Below, piece after piece: positions 19,710-28,319 of a stretch of 64,000 bases of DNA (the first letter of the stretch is position 1; the number at the start of each line of letters is the position of its first letter). The notes under the pieces were generated by a model. That model was not told the DNA's origin, made no database searches, and was given only the letters and a program-made list of their open reading frames with translations. A program made the position numbers and the translations under genes. Origin of the DNA: Candidatus Poribacteria bacterium (lineage in GTDB: Bacteria; Poribacteria; WGA-4E; WGA-3G). The stretch is from positions 2,432,001 to 2,496,000 of the forward strand of contig OZ243938.1 of assembly GCA_965214095.1 (NCBI GenBank), given 5' to 3'.

Positions 19710-20297
19710 ATGGCTTATATATCAGCGCGTAAAGCAAGTGAACTGCTGGATTATACCCCCGACCATTTAAGGAAGTTGGCAAATGAAGGAAAGATTGAAT
19801 ATATCCGCACAGGAGGCGGACACAGACGCTATGATGTTGAAGGATACATCAAAAGCAAATCCCAATCAATTGCAACTGTTTGCTACTGCAGAGTATCCAG
19901 CACGAAGCAAAGAGATGATCTTGAACGACAAGTTGAATATATGCGAAGGATCTACCCCTCAGCAGAAGTTATCAGAGACATCGGGAGTGGTATCAACTTC
20001 AAAAGGAAAGGGCTTAGAACCTTATTGGAACGGCTTATGCAAGGTGATAAGCTCCAAGTTGTTATTGCCCATCGGGATAGGCTCGCCCGATTCGGTATCG
20101 AGCTTATACAATACCTCATTGAACAAAACGGTGGCGAACTCGTGGTTCTCGATCAAACAGAACACAGTCCGCAAGAAGAACTCACGCAGGATCTTCTCGC
20201 AATCCTGCACGTCTTCAGTAGCAGAATGCACGGGCTCAGAAGTTACCGTGACAAAATCAAAGAAGATAAGAGTTTATCCGACAACAGAACAACGTGA
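19710..20297 (+). CDS. tnpA: IS607 serine recombinase TnpA (MerR-type HTH + resolvase)
   Basis: RTGGGHRRY, YCRVSSTKQRDDLERQ, DIGSGINFKRKGL, HRDRLARFG. Confidence 0.95.
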   Translation: MAYISARKASELLDYTPDHLRKLANEGKIEYIRTGGGHRRYDVEGYIKSKSQSIATVCYCRVSSTKQRDDLERQVEYMRRIYPSAEVIRDIGSGINFKRKGLRTLLERLMQGDKLQVVIAHRDRLARFGIELIQYLIEQNGGELVVLDQTEHSPQEELTQDLLAILHVFSSRMHGLRSYRDKIKEDKSLSDNRTT

Positions 20298-21366
20298 AAC
20301 ACTGCGTCAGTGGTTTGGCACAGCACGTTTTACTTATAATAAAACGATTGCTTTGTTGAACGAAACAGACACAAAAGCGAATTGGAAAGCGATAAAAACA
20401 GGTATTCTTCACAATCTTCCTGAATGGAGTAAAGAAACACCGTATCAAGTGAAATCTGTTGCTATCCGAGATGCTTGTATAGCTGTCCGAGAAGCAAAGC
20501 GAAAATGTAAGAAAACAGGACAATATCAATCTGTTTTCTTCAAATCTAAACGTCGTCCATCAGATAGTATTTTCATTCCGAAGTCTTCCATAAAAAAACA
20601 AGGTGTTTACCACACCTTGCTGGGACACCTCAAAATGTCAGAGATGTTACCTGATAATATCTGTGACTCACGCCTCGTGAAAGAGAATGATAAATACTAT
20701 CTCTGTGTTTCCTATACTGTGACAACTCCGAAGCGAAAGCCAAACGGACGTGTTGTTGCTTTAGACCCTGGCGTGAGAACATTCCTCACATATTTTCATG
20801 AGCGTGGTTTCGGATGGCTTGGACACCATGCTATTAATCGGATTCAAAGACTCTGTTCATATCTCGATGACCTATTATCTCGTGCAGCTAAAGCAAATAG
20901 ACAATCACGCAAGAATATGAGACGCGCTGCAAACAGAATACGCACACGCATAAAAAATCTTGTAGATGAATTGCATCATAAAGTCGCACGATACCTTGTG
21001 GATACCTTTGATATTATCTTACTCCCAACGTTTGAGACTTCAGATATGGTAATGCGTGGAAAACGAAAACTACGAAAGAGGTCTGCCCGACAAATGTTGA
21101 CACTCTCTCACTACAGATTCAAACAGTTCCTAAAACATAAAGCGAAAGAAACTGGATTTATCGTCGTTGATGTCTGTGAAGCATACACATCAAAAACAGT
21201 TTCTTGGACTGGTGAGATGAGAAAATCACTCGGTGGACGCAAGATAATCAAAGATAGCACAGGACGCAAGATGAACAGAGACTTGAATGGCGCACGTGGG
21301 ATATTCCTGCGTGCTTTGGTAGATGAGCCCTGGTTACTCTCTATGAGTAACTTGCAAACCGTATAA
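19783..21366 (+). CDS. tnpB: IS607 TnpB RNA-guided nuclease, pro-Fanzor-like; N-terminus overlaps tnpA in the +1 frame (true start uncertain)
   Basis: KIRVYPT..Q..WFG.ARF.YN; ALDPG (RuvC-I); CEAYTSKT; RDLNGARGI (RuvC-III). Confidence 0.9.
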   Translation: MKERLNISAQEADTDAMMLKDTSKANPNQLQLFATAEYPARSKEMILNDKLNICEGSTPQQKLSETSGVVSTSKGKGLEPYWNGLCKVISSKLLLPIGIGSPDSVSSLYNTSLNKTVANSWFSIKQNTVRKKNSRRIFSQSCTSSVAECTGSEVTVTKSKKIRVYPTTEQRETLRQWFGTARFTYNKTIALLNETDTKANWKAIKTGILHNLPEWSKETPYQVKSVAIRDACIAVREAKRKCKKTGQYQSVFFKSKRRPSDSIFIPKSSIKKQGVYHTLLGHLKMSEMLPDNICDSRLVKENDKYYLCVSYTVTTPKRKPNGRVVALDPGVRTFLTYFHERGFGWLGHHAINRIQRLCSYLDDLLSRAAKANRQSRKNMRRAANRIRTRIKNLVDELHHKVARYLVDTFDIILLPTFETSDMVMRGKRKLRKRSARQMLTLSHYRFKQFLKHKAKETGFIVVDVCEAYTSKTVSWTGEMRKSLGGRKIIKDSTGRKMNRDLNGARGIFLRALVDEPWLLSMSNLQTV

Positions 21367-21416
21367 GATGTGAAATACATAGTATTACACGGATATATAC
21401 AGGTTAATATCATCGG

Positions 21417-21788
21417 TCGAGTAATTATCCCGAAGATGAACGCGATCGTGCAAAGGAACGCGGATTTGATGCCAGGGATTACCTCAGAAGTCTTGTTGAA
21501 CAATCCACGATTGATGATTTTCCTCTCACATTGGAAATTCGCAATCCAGACTTCGGTTCATACCCAAAACGAACGGTAGCCGATGTGTATCTTTACATCA
21601 ACGGAGAAAGAATTTCAGTTGCAGATAAACTCTTTGAAACTCGGCATGCAGTTCCGTTCTCGTTTGACTACGATTTTCAGTGGGGACAACCGGAACTTGA
21701 TTTTCAATCCTGGTATAGAATGCTTGGGATTGACGATCCTGTTACTCCTGATGTAGATGAAAGTATTCCCGATAATGAATTACCTTAG
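21417..21788 (+). pseudogene. C-terminal fragment of a thermonuclease (SNase)-like protein
   Basis: The open frame starts at the IS right end: SSNYPEDERDRAKERGFDARDYLRSLV...FGSYPKRTVADVY...VADKLFETRHAVPF; no start upstream in frame. Confidence 0.5.
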
Positions 21789-21864
21789 CAGACTGTATGG
21801 TATGTGAGTCTGATTATTCTTTGAATTGATATAAAATACGCTATGGAACATAGGAGAAGATTGA

Positions 21865-22617
21865 ATGAAATTTCAGGGTAAGGTCGCATTAGTAACAGGA
21901 GGTAGCCGCGGTATTGGCAAAGCAACTGCATTGAAACTTGCGAGTGAAGGCGCGACTGTTGCTGTGCATTATTCCCAATCATCTGCTAAAGCGGAAGATG
22001 TCTGTGCTGAAATCAAAAACGAACATCATCAGAAAGCATTACCTTTCCAAGCCGACATATCGGACAGAGAAGCAGTGAACAAGATGGTTGCCTCTGTCAC
22101 TAAAGAACTTGGAACAATTGATATCTTGGTGAATAATGCTGGTGATGTTGGTGATATGGTATTTGACGAACTTACACCTGAACATTGGGATAGGATCATT
22201 GCAATAAACTTGACTGGTCCCTTCAACGTGCTGTGGGCAGTCAAACCGGGGATGATCAAACAGCAGTTTGGTCGTATTGTAAATGTATCGTCTATCGCCG
22301 CGTTGGCAGTACGTCCGAACCAGCTGCCTTATGCTGCTGCGAAAGCCGGTATTATATCTCTCACAAAATCGTGTTGTGGTCCACTGGCAGCACATAATAT
22401 CCGTATCAATTCAGTAGCACCAGGGGCAATAGGAACGGATATGCTAAGTGAAGTTTCACCTGAAATGGTGGAGCAACTCCGAGCCACAACGCCACTTGGT
22501 AGGCTTGGTGAACCGGAAGAGATGGCAAACGTGATAGCGTTTCTTCTGAGCGAGGAATCCAGTTATATGACAGGTGCGACTGTGATTGCAAGTGGCGGCA
22601 GGATTCTTATACCGTAA
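21865..22617 (+). CDS. FabG-like short-chain dehydrogenase/reductase
   Basis: TGGSRGIG, NNAG, YAAAK, PLGRLG.PEE. Confidence 0.92.
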   Translation: MKFQGKVALVTGGSRGIGKATALKLASEGATVAVHYSQSSAKAEDVCAEIKNEHHQKALPFQADISDREAVNKMVASVTKELGTIDILVNNAGDVGDMVFDELTPEHWDRIIAINLTGPFNVLWAVKPGMIKQQFGRIVNVSSIAALAVRPNQLPYAAAKAGIISLTKSCCGPLAAHNIRINSVAPGAIGTDMLSEVSPEMVEQLRATTPLGRLGEPEEMANVIAFLLSEESSYMTGATVIASGGRILIP

Positions 22618-23887
22618 CCTCAAGTTCTGTTGTACCGATTTCCAGATCAAATGCAATGTATGTCTGTTTCCCTTCAACCAGAAATGTATCTGTTTGAAAA
22701 TCTCTACGCGAACGCACTTCGCGCAAGTCCCACCCGTTAACTTGAATACGACGTATAGGTACATCAATACTGATTGTAAAGTTGGCTGTTGGGAATTGCG
22801 TGGAGATATTGATCTGATGTTTATCCGATTGCACGATAATATCAGTGAATTCCCGTGCCATCCAATAATGTCCAATCTCTGAGTTTTTCATCCAACGTGT
22901 CTTTGTTCCATCCGGGTCGTAGTTATCCAGACGTTCTTTAACAGTTTTCAGGACATCAAATCCGAGTTTTTCTCCATTGAAATAGAAACCGGGCCAATGT
23001 CCAACGAGGACACATGGGAGTTCTTTTTCAAGGATAAGTGGCAAACGTCCGCCTTGTAAGTCCTCTGTGATGAACCGGTCAGCATTCCCTAAATCGTATC
23101 CTGTCCATCCACCAAACCAGTCCCCCGCACACGCAACAATACTTGCAATAGCAACTCCTTTTTCCTTTTCGACATGCCAGATAGGAACATCAGGCAGTTC
23201 ATCATGTTTGAGCCAAAGAAAATAGAAAGGACGTGGATCGTTGTTGACTTCTTGTGATGCGGTTAAGACCGCTTTTGAATATGCTGCCTCTTGACGTTTC
23301 CCGAATGCCCCAGGACTCGTTACCCCTTCACACGGAATACCGACGTTGTTTAATATTTCCATTGCAGTGATGATATAATCAGTTAATCTATTATCAACCG
23401 GTGGATTCACCCACTCAACCTGTTCCCATTCATCAGTAAGGGCAAATGTATTCAGATTGACGACAGCGGTGTGGGTTAACATCTCAGGTGTCAAATCAAA
23501 GTTCGGCCAGATTATTTCACGGTAAATCCGCATCCATGACTGATATTCATGTATCGGACTATTTTCTACAGCTTCGGAAGGAAATCCTTCGTCAACTCTG
23601 CCCATGCCAGCTGGATACGGAATGAGACTAAATTTTCCTTTAACACCGTTCTCCCAACACCATTCTGCCCACTCCCACGCAAAATCGGCTGGTATAGTAT
23701 TAGGCATGTTTTTGTGTTGTGCTGCATCCCCTTCCCAACGGTCTGGTGGCACATTCGGTTTATGTTTTGCTTTCCACCCATGCCTCTGCTGAATCCAATA
23801 GTAGGTAAGGTTAATCACTGGACACGAATCATCAACAATGAGGGACAGTGGGGTTCTGAGGAGTGGATTACAGATGCGAACTTTCAT
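22607..23887 (-). CDS. Hypothetical protein, possibly a polysaccharide deacetylase-like fold
   Basis: 426-aa ORF; LIVDD near the N-terminus, MLTH, GVTSPG, GHW. Confidence 0.6.
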   Translation of the reverse strand: MKVRICNPLLRTPLSLIVDDSCPVINLTYYWIQQRHGWKAKHKPNVPPDRWEGDAAQHKNMPNTIPADFAWEWAEWCWENGVKGKFSLIPYPAGMGRVDEGFPSEAVENSPIHEYQSWMRIYREIIWPNFDLTPEMLTHTAVVNLNTFALTDEWEQVEWVNPPVDNRLTDYIITAMEILNNVGIPCEGVTSPGAFGKRQEAAYSKAVLTASQEVNNDPRPFYFLWLKHDELPDVPIWHVEKEKGVAIASIVACAGDWFGGWTGYDLGNADRFITEDLQGGRLPLILEKELPCVLVGHWPGFYFNGEKLGFDVLKTVKERLDNYDPDGTKTRWMKNSEIGHYWMAREFTDIIVQSDKHQINISTQFPTANFTISIDVPIRRIQVNGWDLREVRSRRDFQTDTFLVEGKQTYIAFDLEIGTTELEVTV

Positions 23888-23893
23888 TACTTT

Positions 23894-24688
23894 CTAATCC
23901 TTTGACACAGGTTTATTCTTAATTCTCTCAATAGTCCTTTTGATGAACGGAACATCATCTACCCATAAACCTTCAATACCATTTTGCATTGTCCATTCAA
24001 CATCTTGTGTTGTTAGGATGAAGCCTGCATCAACAACAAATCCGTTTGACCGAAGTTCATCAACTTGTCGTGAGATAGAGTGTGTAATGGAGTTGTAGAG
24101 TTTAAAATGATTGAATTTGCTCCATCCAAAGATGACACGTTTTATATCTATCTTCGCAGCTGCCTTGATAAAGTTAGTCATGGGATTGAGGAAAATCGCG
24201 CTTGTTTGGAGACGTGGTTCTAAACGTTTGGCATCAATGAGTATCTGTTTCCGTATGTAAAATGTAAGAATATTCACAAGGTGAATAACATCAAAATGGT
24301 GTATCCTTTCAATAACGATCGGTAGCAGTTCAGGTGTGTCAGATTTCGGTTCAATAAAGCACGGCATCTGGTTTTCCTGTACAAATCTGAGTGCGTCATC
24401 AAGGTGTGCCACAGGTTCATCCGAATCTAGTACCTTTAGATTCTGCACTTCTTTCCATTTCATTTTATTGATGGGAGTGGTACATCCTGTCGCTGCGCGA
24501 ATATCGTTTCGATTGAAATCCACATGGATGAGGGCAGGCTGTTTATCTTGTGTAAGGTAGACATCACATTCAAAGGCATCGGCACCATCTGTAAATGCTT
24601 GTTTAAAGGAGATGAGTGTGTTTTCGGGGGCGCGTCCCATACCACCACGATGTGCAAAGAGTTGTATCTTCATATATGGTTTGTTCAA
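23894..24688 (-). CDS. Glycerophosphodiester phosphodiesterase family
   Basis: AHRG...PENT..SF..A, ECDVYLTQD, IH, IEPK. Confidence 0.88.
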   Translation of the reverse strand: MNKPYMKIQLFAHRGGMGRAPENTLISFKQAFTDGADAFECDVYLTQDKQPALIHVDFNRNDIRAATGCTTPINKMKWKEVQNLKVLDSDEPVAHLDDALRFVQENQMPCFIEPKSDTPELLPIVIERIHHFDVIHLVNILTFYIRKQILIDAKRLEPRLQTSAIFLNPMTNFIKAAAKIDIKRVIFGWSKFNHFKLYNSITHSISRQVDELRSNGFVVDAGFILTTQDVEWTMQNGIEGLWVDDVPFIKRTIERIKNKPVSKD

Positions 24689-25119
24689 CTAATCTGTGCT
24701 GGATGGTCTCCCAAACTCAGTAATGCTCTACGTAGATTAACTTGTTGTAGTAGATTCATATTTAATGCCTCAACTGTGGCTCTGCCTGTACGCGTGCGTC
24801 CAATTATATGTAGAAAATCTCTACTCCACATAAAATGTCTTTGCCACTGTTTTTCACGAGGATTGAAAAGAAATACGCGTAAACCTGTCTGTGGGTCAAC
24901 TGCGTGTGTTTTTGCATGCTTGTGGTTGTTACAACGCGGACATGCCCACGCTAAATTGTCTAATGAATTGGTTCCACCGATTTTTTGAGGAATTATATGT
25001 TCACAATGGAAAGAAGAGGTGGCGAAACTATCAGGTATTCTGCAATATTCGCAGAATCCTTTCGCACGTTCTTGTATTTGTCGACGTATACGAGCAGAAA
25101 TACGATTAGTGGACATCAT
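24685..25119 (-). CDS. HNH endonuclease
   Basis: CEYC, EHIIP..GG, NLAWACPRCNNHK, LFNPR..W..HF.W. Confidence 0.9.
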   Translation of the reverse strand: MMSTNRISARIRRQIQERAKGFCEYCRIPDSFATSSFHCEHIIPQKIGGTNSLDNLAWACPRCNNHKHAKTHAVDPQTGLRVFLFNPREKQWQRHFMWSRDFLHIIGRTRTGRATVEALNMNLLQQVNLRRALLSLGDHPAQIS

Positions 25120-25139
25120 CCTTTGCTATATTCCTGCCT

Positions 25140-25613
25140 TTAGTTTTCTGATTGATTTAGTTGCGAAATAGATTCATAGTAGTCAGGTGGTTCATGATGG
25201 GAAATTAGTAGACCATATTCTGATAGAATTTTGATTGCAGGTTTTTCCCAACGGTGTACTAAGATAGCGAGTGCCTCAATACGTTTAACATTCATCTTTC
25301 CCAACTTTGTTATAAAATTCTCATATTCAACTGATTCGTCATCGTTCAAATCTGTATCCTCTCGCTTAAGTCGCAATTCCCAATATCGTCGGTGCTCTTT
25401 TTTAAGTAAACGGGTGTTTTTCCGTATGAAGTCTAATACCTCGTCATCTGAAGCATTAGGGTCTAAATCTTCATCTGGTGAATGGTCCTGATGTTCTTGC
25501 CATTCAGTGAACTTTTGCCTAAATTCATCCAATTCTACGGGTGATAACTGTTTTACGCTATTTAACAGATGTTCTACTCTCAGTTCGGTCGGTATATCAA
25601 CGGTTGCCATCAT
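25140..25613 (-). CDS. Small helical protein upstream of HNH (putative antitoxin/partner)
   Basis: LLNSVKQLSPVELDEF, RYWEL..K, KRIEAL..L; GGAGGAAGG RBS. Confidence 0.65.
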   Translation of the reverse strand: MMATVDIPTELRVEHLLNSVKQLSPVELDEFRQKFTEWQEHQDHSPDEDLDPNASDDEVLDFIRKNTRLLKKEHRRYWELRLKREDTDLNDDESVEYENFITKLGKMNVKRIEALAILVHRWEKPAIKILSEYGLLISHHEPPDYYESISQLNQSEN

Positions 25614-25730
25614 CCTTCCTCCGATAATTTTGGTAATCAGATCTATGCAAATACAGTTTCCTTATCCAAAAGTATAACACATCTTTCTGTTTGTTGCTAT
25701 TTATTGTGGACGGATAGTATGTGGTATCAA

Positions 25731-26462
25731 TTATTCTTCTTTCTTCTTATGCCACATCCATTCAAAGTTGTCTTGCGGTTGAAATCCTAATATCCGTTTC
25801 GTTTTGGCATTTGAAAATTGCTGGTGTGGTAGATCGGCAAAGATGTTGAAGATCTCACACTTTGATGGTAATTCTTCAAGATCAATTTCTAACCCCAAAC
25901 GAAACGCCTCACCCGCATCCCGCCAACTAACTGAAAATGGGTTGAGATCGCTGCCTGCTCTCTCATAATTGATGTCTTGGAAACTAAGAAAAAGATAACA
26001 GAGGACATATATATCGTAATTTTCAGTAAAGACTTTGCAGATTTCTTGTCCAAGTCCCTTCGTTAATGGATATAATCCTGTACTTGTTTTAGGTGGAACA
26101 TCTGGATTTATCTCGTAATCCCAACTTGTATATGCATCTCCTTGGATAGTGAAGTGAGGCCCTGTATTTATAACACGTTGGATCCCGTGTTCAACAGCAG
26201 CACGCATTGTGTTGTATGCTCCACGTGTGCTAACATCAAATGCCAATTGCCGATCATGACGAAGCACGGAGCAATTGATGATTGTATCCATCCCTTCCGA
26301 TGCACGAAGGACTTGATCTAACGAACTAACATCAATATGTAGGGATTCATGTTTTGTGTCAATCTCGTTGATGTCTGTTACGCGCAAGCTGTAGTAGGGT
26401 TCTAATGCTTTGACTACGTGTGGTCCAAGATAGCCATTACCACCTAAAATGAGAACTTTCAT
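25731..26462 (-). CDS. NAD-dependent epimerase/dehydratase (uronate dehydrogenase-like)
   Basis: ILGGNGYLG, YPLTK. Confidence 0.85.
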   Translation of the reverse strand: MKVLILGGNGYLGPHVVKALEPYYSLRVTDINEIDTKHESLHIDVSSLDQVLRASEGMDTIINCSVLRHDRQLAFDVSTRGAYNTMRAAVEHGIQRVINTGPHFTIQGDAYTSWDYEINPDVPPKTSTGLYPLTKGLGQEICKVFTENYDIYVLCYLFLSFQDINYERAGSDLNPFSVSWRDAGEAFRLGLEIDLEELPSKCEIFNIFADLPHQQFSNAKTKRILGFQPQDNFEWMWHKKKEE

Positions 26463-26486
26463 GGAATCTCCTTATGTATATACTTG

Positions 26487-27194
26487 TTATTTTGTCGGTG
26501 GCACAAATTGTGGGTTGAATTTCAGGTGTCCCTTTGCCTTGCTGATGTCAAAACGGGAACTGGGGAACTCCGATTGAACGTGAAAGATACCCCATCCTGA
26601 TGGAGCATCAATTGCACCTTGGAAGGCAGTGACCGCATCGTTTATTTCAAGCCACATAGAGTTGAATTCTGATTTTGGAGCATCTTCTGTAGTGACGATT
26701 GCTCCCAGTCTCAGACATGTAACTTTGATTTTCCTTTCGAGCGCGAATTCTCGGCAAGTGAATTCACCGAGGTGTTTTGCAAGAACATCTCCCTCAGTGT
26801 GAGGACGTGGTCTCCAATTTTCTTTCACTGTCCAATCTTCTCCGTGTTGTTCAAACAAGCGGAGTGTGCTTGCATAGATGAAGTGTTTGACACCCTCTGC
26901 TGATGCAGCGATCAACAGGTTATAGGTGCAACGGGTTTGAAAATCAATCTCAAAGTTTTCTGGTTCGTTGGCTTGTGTCTTAAGTTCAGGTGGTGTATGT
27001 GCAATATGAACAATTGTATCTATGCCTTTCACTAAATCGTTAGTTGATTCATCATGTCCTAAGTCGCTTTGTATGAAGTCATAATTAGTATCAACATGTA
27101 GGAGTTCAGTTAGTCGGACTGTGTGTGAATCGGCGGCTGCGTCTGCTAATTTACGTGCTAATTCAGAACTTGCTGAAGTAATCAATATTTTCAT
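26487..27194 (-). CDS. Degenerate NAD-dependent epimerase/dehydratase paralogue
   Basis: KILITSASSELA (Gly-rich loop lost), IYAST, LAKHLGE, CLRLG. Confidence 0.75.
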   Translation of the reverse strand: MKILITSASSELARKLADAAADSHTVRLTELLHVDTNYDFIQSDLGHDESTNDLVKGIDTIVHIAHTPPELKTQANEPENFEIDFQTRCTYNLLIAASAEGVKHFIYASTLRLFEQHGEDWTVKENWRPRPHTEGDVLAKHLGEFTCREFALERKIKVTCLRLGAIVTTEDAPKSEFNSMWLEINDAVTAFQGAIDAPSGWGIFHVQSEFPSSRFDISKAKGHLKFNPQFVPPTK

Positions 27195-27229
27195 TGGTTT
27201 GCTCTAAAATTTGGGATGTTAGGTTTGGT

Positions 27230-27637
27230 CTATAAAGCCTTTTGAATTTTCGTAGCGATATTGTTAATTTCTTCTATGTCCCCTTCACTCGGTTTCCAAG
27301 GTAGTCGTAATGGGTCACCTTCCCATCTTGGGATTAGATGTAGATGGAAATGGAAGACTGTTTGGAATCCTGCTGCTTCGTTTGATTGGAATAGGTTGAG
27401 TCCATCTGGATTCAACGCTTTCCGTATTGCTGCAGCAAGAGGGACAGCGGTTTCCATTATTTTACTGCCGACTTCTGCAGGCATGTCAAAAATATTTCGG
27501 TAATGTTGTTTCGGTATAATAAGTAGATGTCCAGGATTTGCTGGGGCGATGTCCATAAAAGCGAAGACATGTTCGTCTTCGTATACTTGGCAAGATGGGA
27601 TTTTCCCTTCAACGATTGCACAAAAGATACATTCCAT
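27230..27637 (-). CDS. HIT family protein
   Basis: CIFC, QTVFHFHLHLIPR. Confidence 0.92.
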   Translation of the reverse strand: MECIFCAIVEGKIPSCQVYEDEHVFAFMDIAPANPGHLLIIPKQHYRNIFDMPAEVGSKIMETAVPLAAAIRKALNPDGLNLFQSNEAAGFQTVFHFHLHLIPRWEGDPLRLPWKPSEGDIEEINNIATKIQKAL

Positions 27638-27701
27638 CAATCTATTTCCTCATAAGAATTTTGTGATATTTTAGCAGGTTGAACATATAAATTCAATAAT
27701 A

Positions 27702-27838
27702 TACCATTTCTGAAAAATAACTTCTCATTAAAGAAAGGAACCGTTCGTAGTCGCGCAATTCATTGCGCCTCTTACATTCTCTATTTTAAAGTTAGAATTC
27801 ATACTCTTATAATGAGATATTCTCTACTAGAAATGGTA
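27702..27838. mobile_element. MITE with family B TIRs but a different interior
   Basis: TACCATTTCT...TAGAAATGGTA; internal GTAGTCGCGCAATTCATTGCGC hairpin. Confidence 0.65.
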
Positions 27839-28148
27839 ATATATATGACCTGTTAGGAATATTTGTTGAGTGTGGTTAGGAAATCGCTAAATCAAGAAAT
27901 CAACGGTATGAATACCTTTGACGAACACGCGCATGGTATTCGCCATGATTCCTCCTACGGGGTTCAAAGCAAATGAGAATTACCGCATTAACAAATTAAT
28001 CTTCATTAGGCACTCCCGGAGTGGCACTCTACATGATTTCCTTCAATCGGATCTTTGAACGTAATCTTTGGGGCAAAATGATGTCCATATACCTATTATC
28101 AAACTCACATTAATTCAGTTATCCTAATTTTTCCGCTCATTAATTACT

Positions 28149-28247
28149 AAACTTTAATGGGGTGAGTTGCGTCAAAATCGTTATACACCATACCATAATA
28201 TCTCACTTAAAATTGTTCAGAACTTTTTGAAATTGGTTATTGTCAAA
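28149..28247 (+). promoter_or_regulatory. Two putative ECF-sigma promoters for the TolC operon
   Basis: AAACTT-N16-GTCAAA (28149-28176); GAACTT-N16-GTCAAA (28220-28247). Confidence 0.5.
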
Positions 28248-28319
28248 ACTTAGTAAAACTAAATACTTATAATCACAATCTTCAGCAGGAATAGTTTATG
28301 TTGTTTTAAGGAGACGCTA

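Larger units (their letters stand above)
19642..21416 (+). mobile_element. IS607-family element (tnpA + tnpB); ends inferred at GG dinucleotides
   Basis: Left junction TTAGG|, right end ...TATCATCGG|; no TIRs; serine recombinase plus TnpB. Confidence 0.8.

Noticed and set aside
21370-21579. 69-aa ORF as the continuation of the aldo/keto reductase
   Set aside because: No AKR motifs (no DT...YG); the other frame looks coding (SNase-like).
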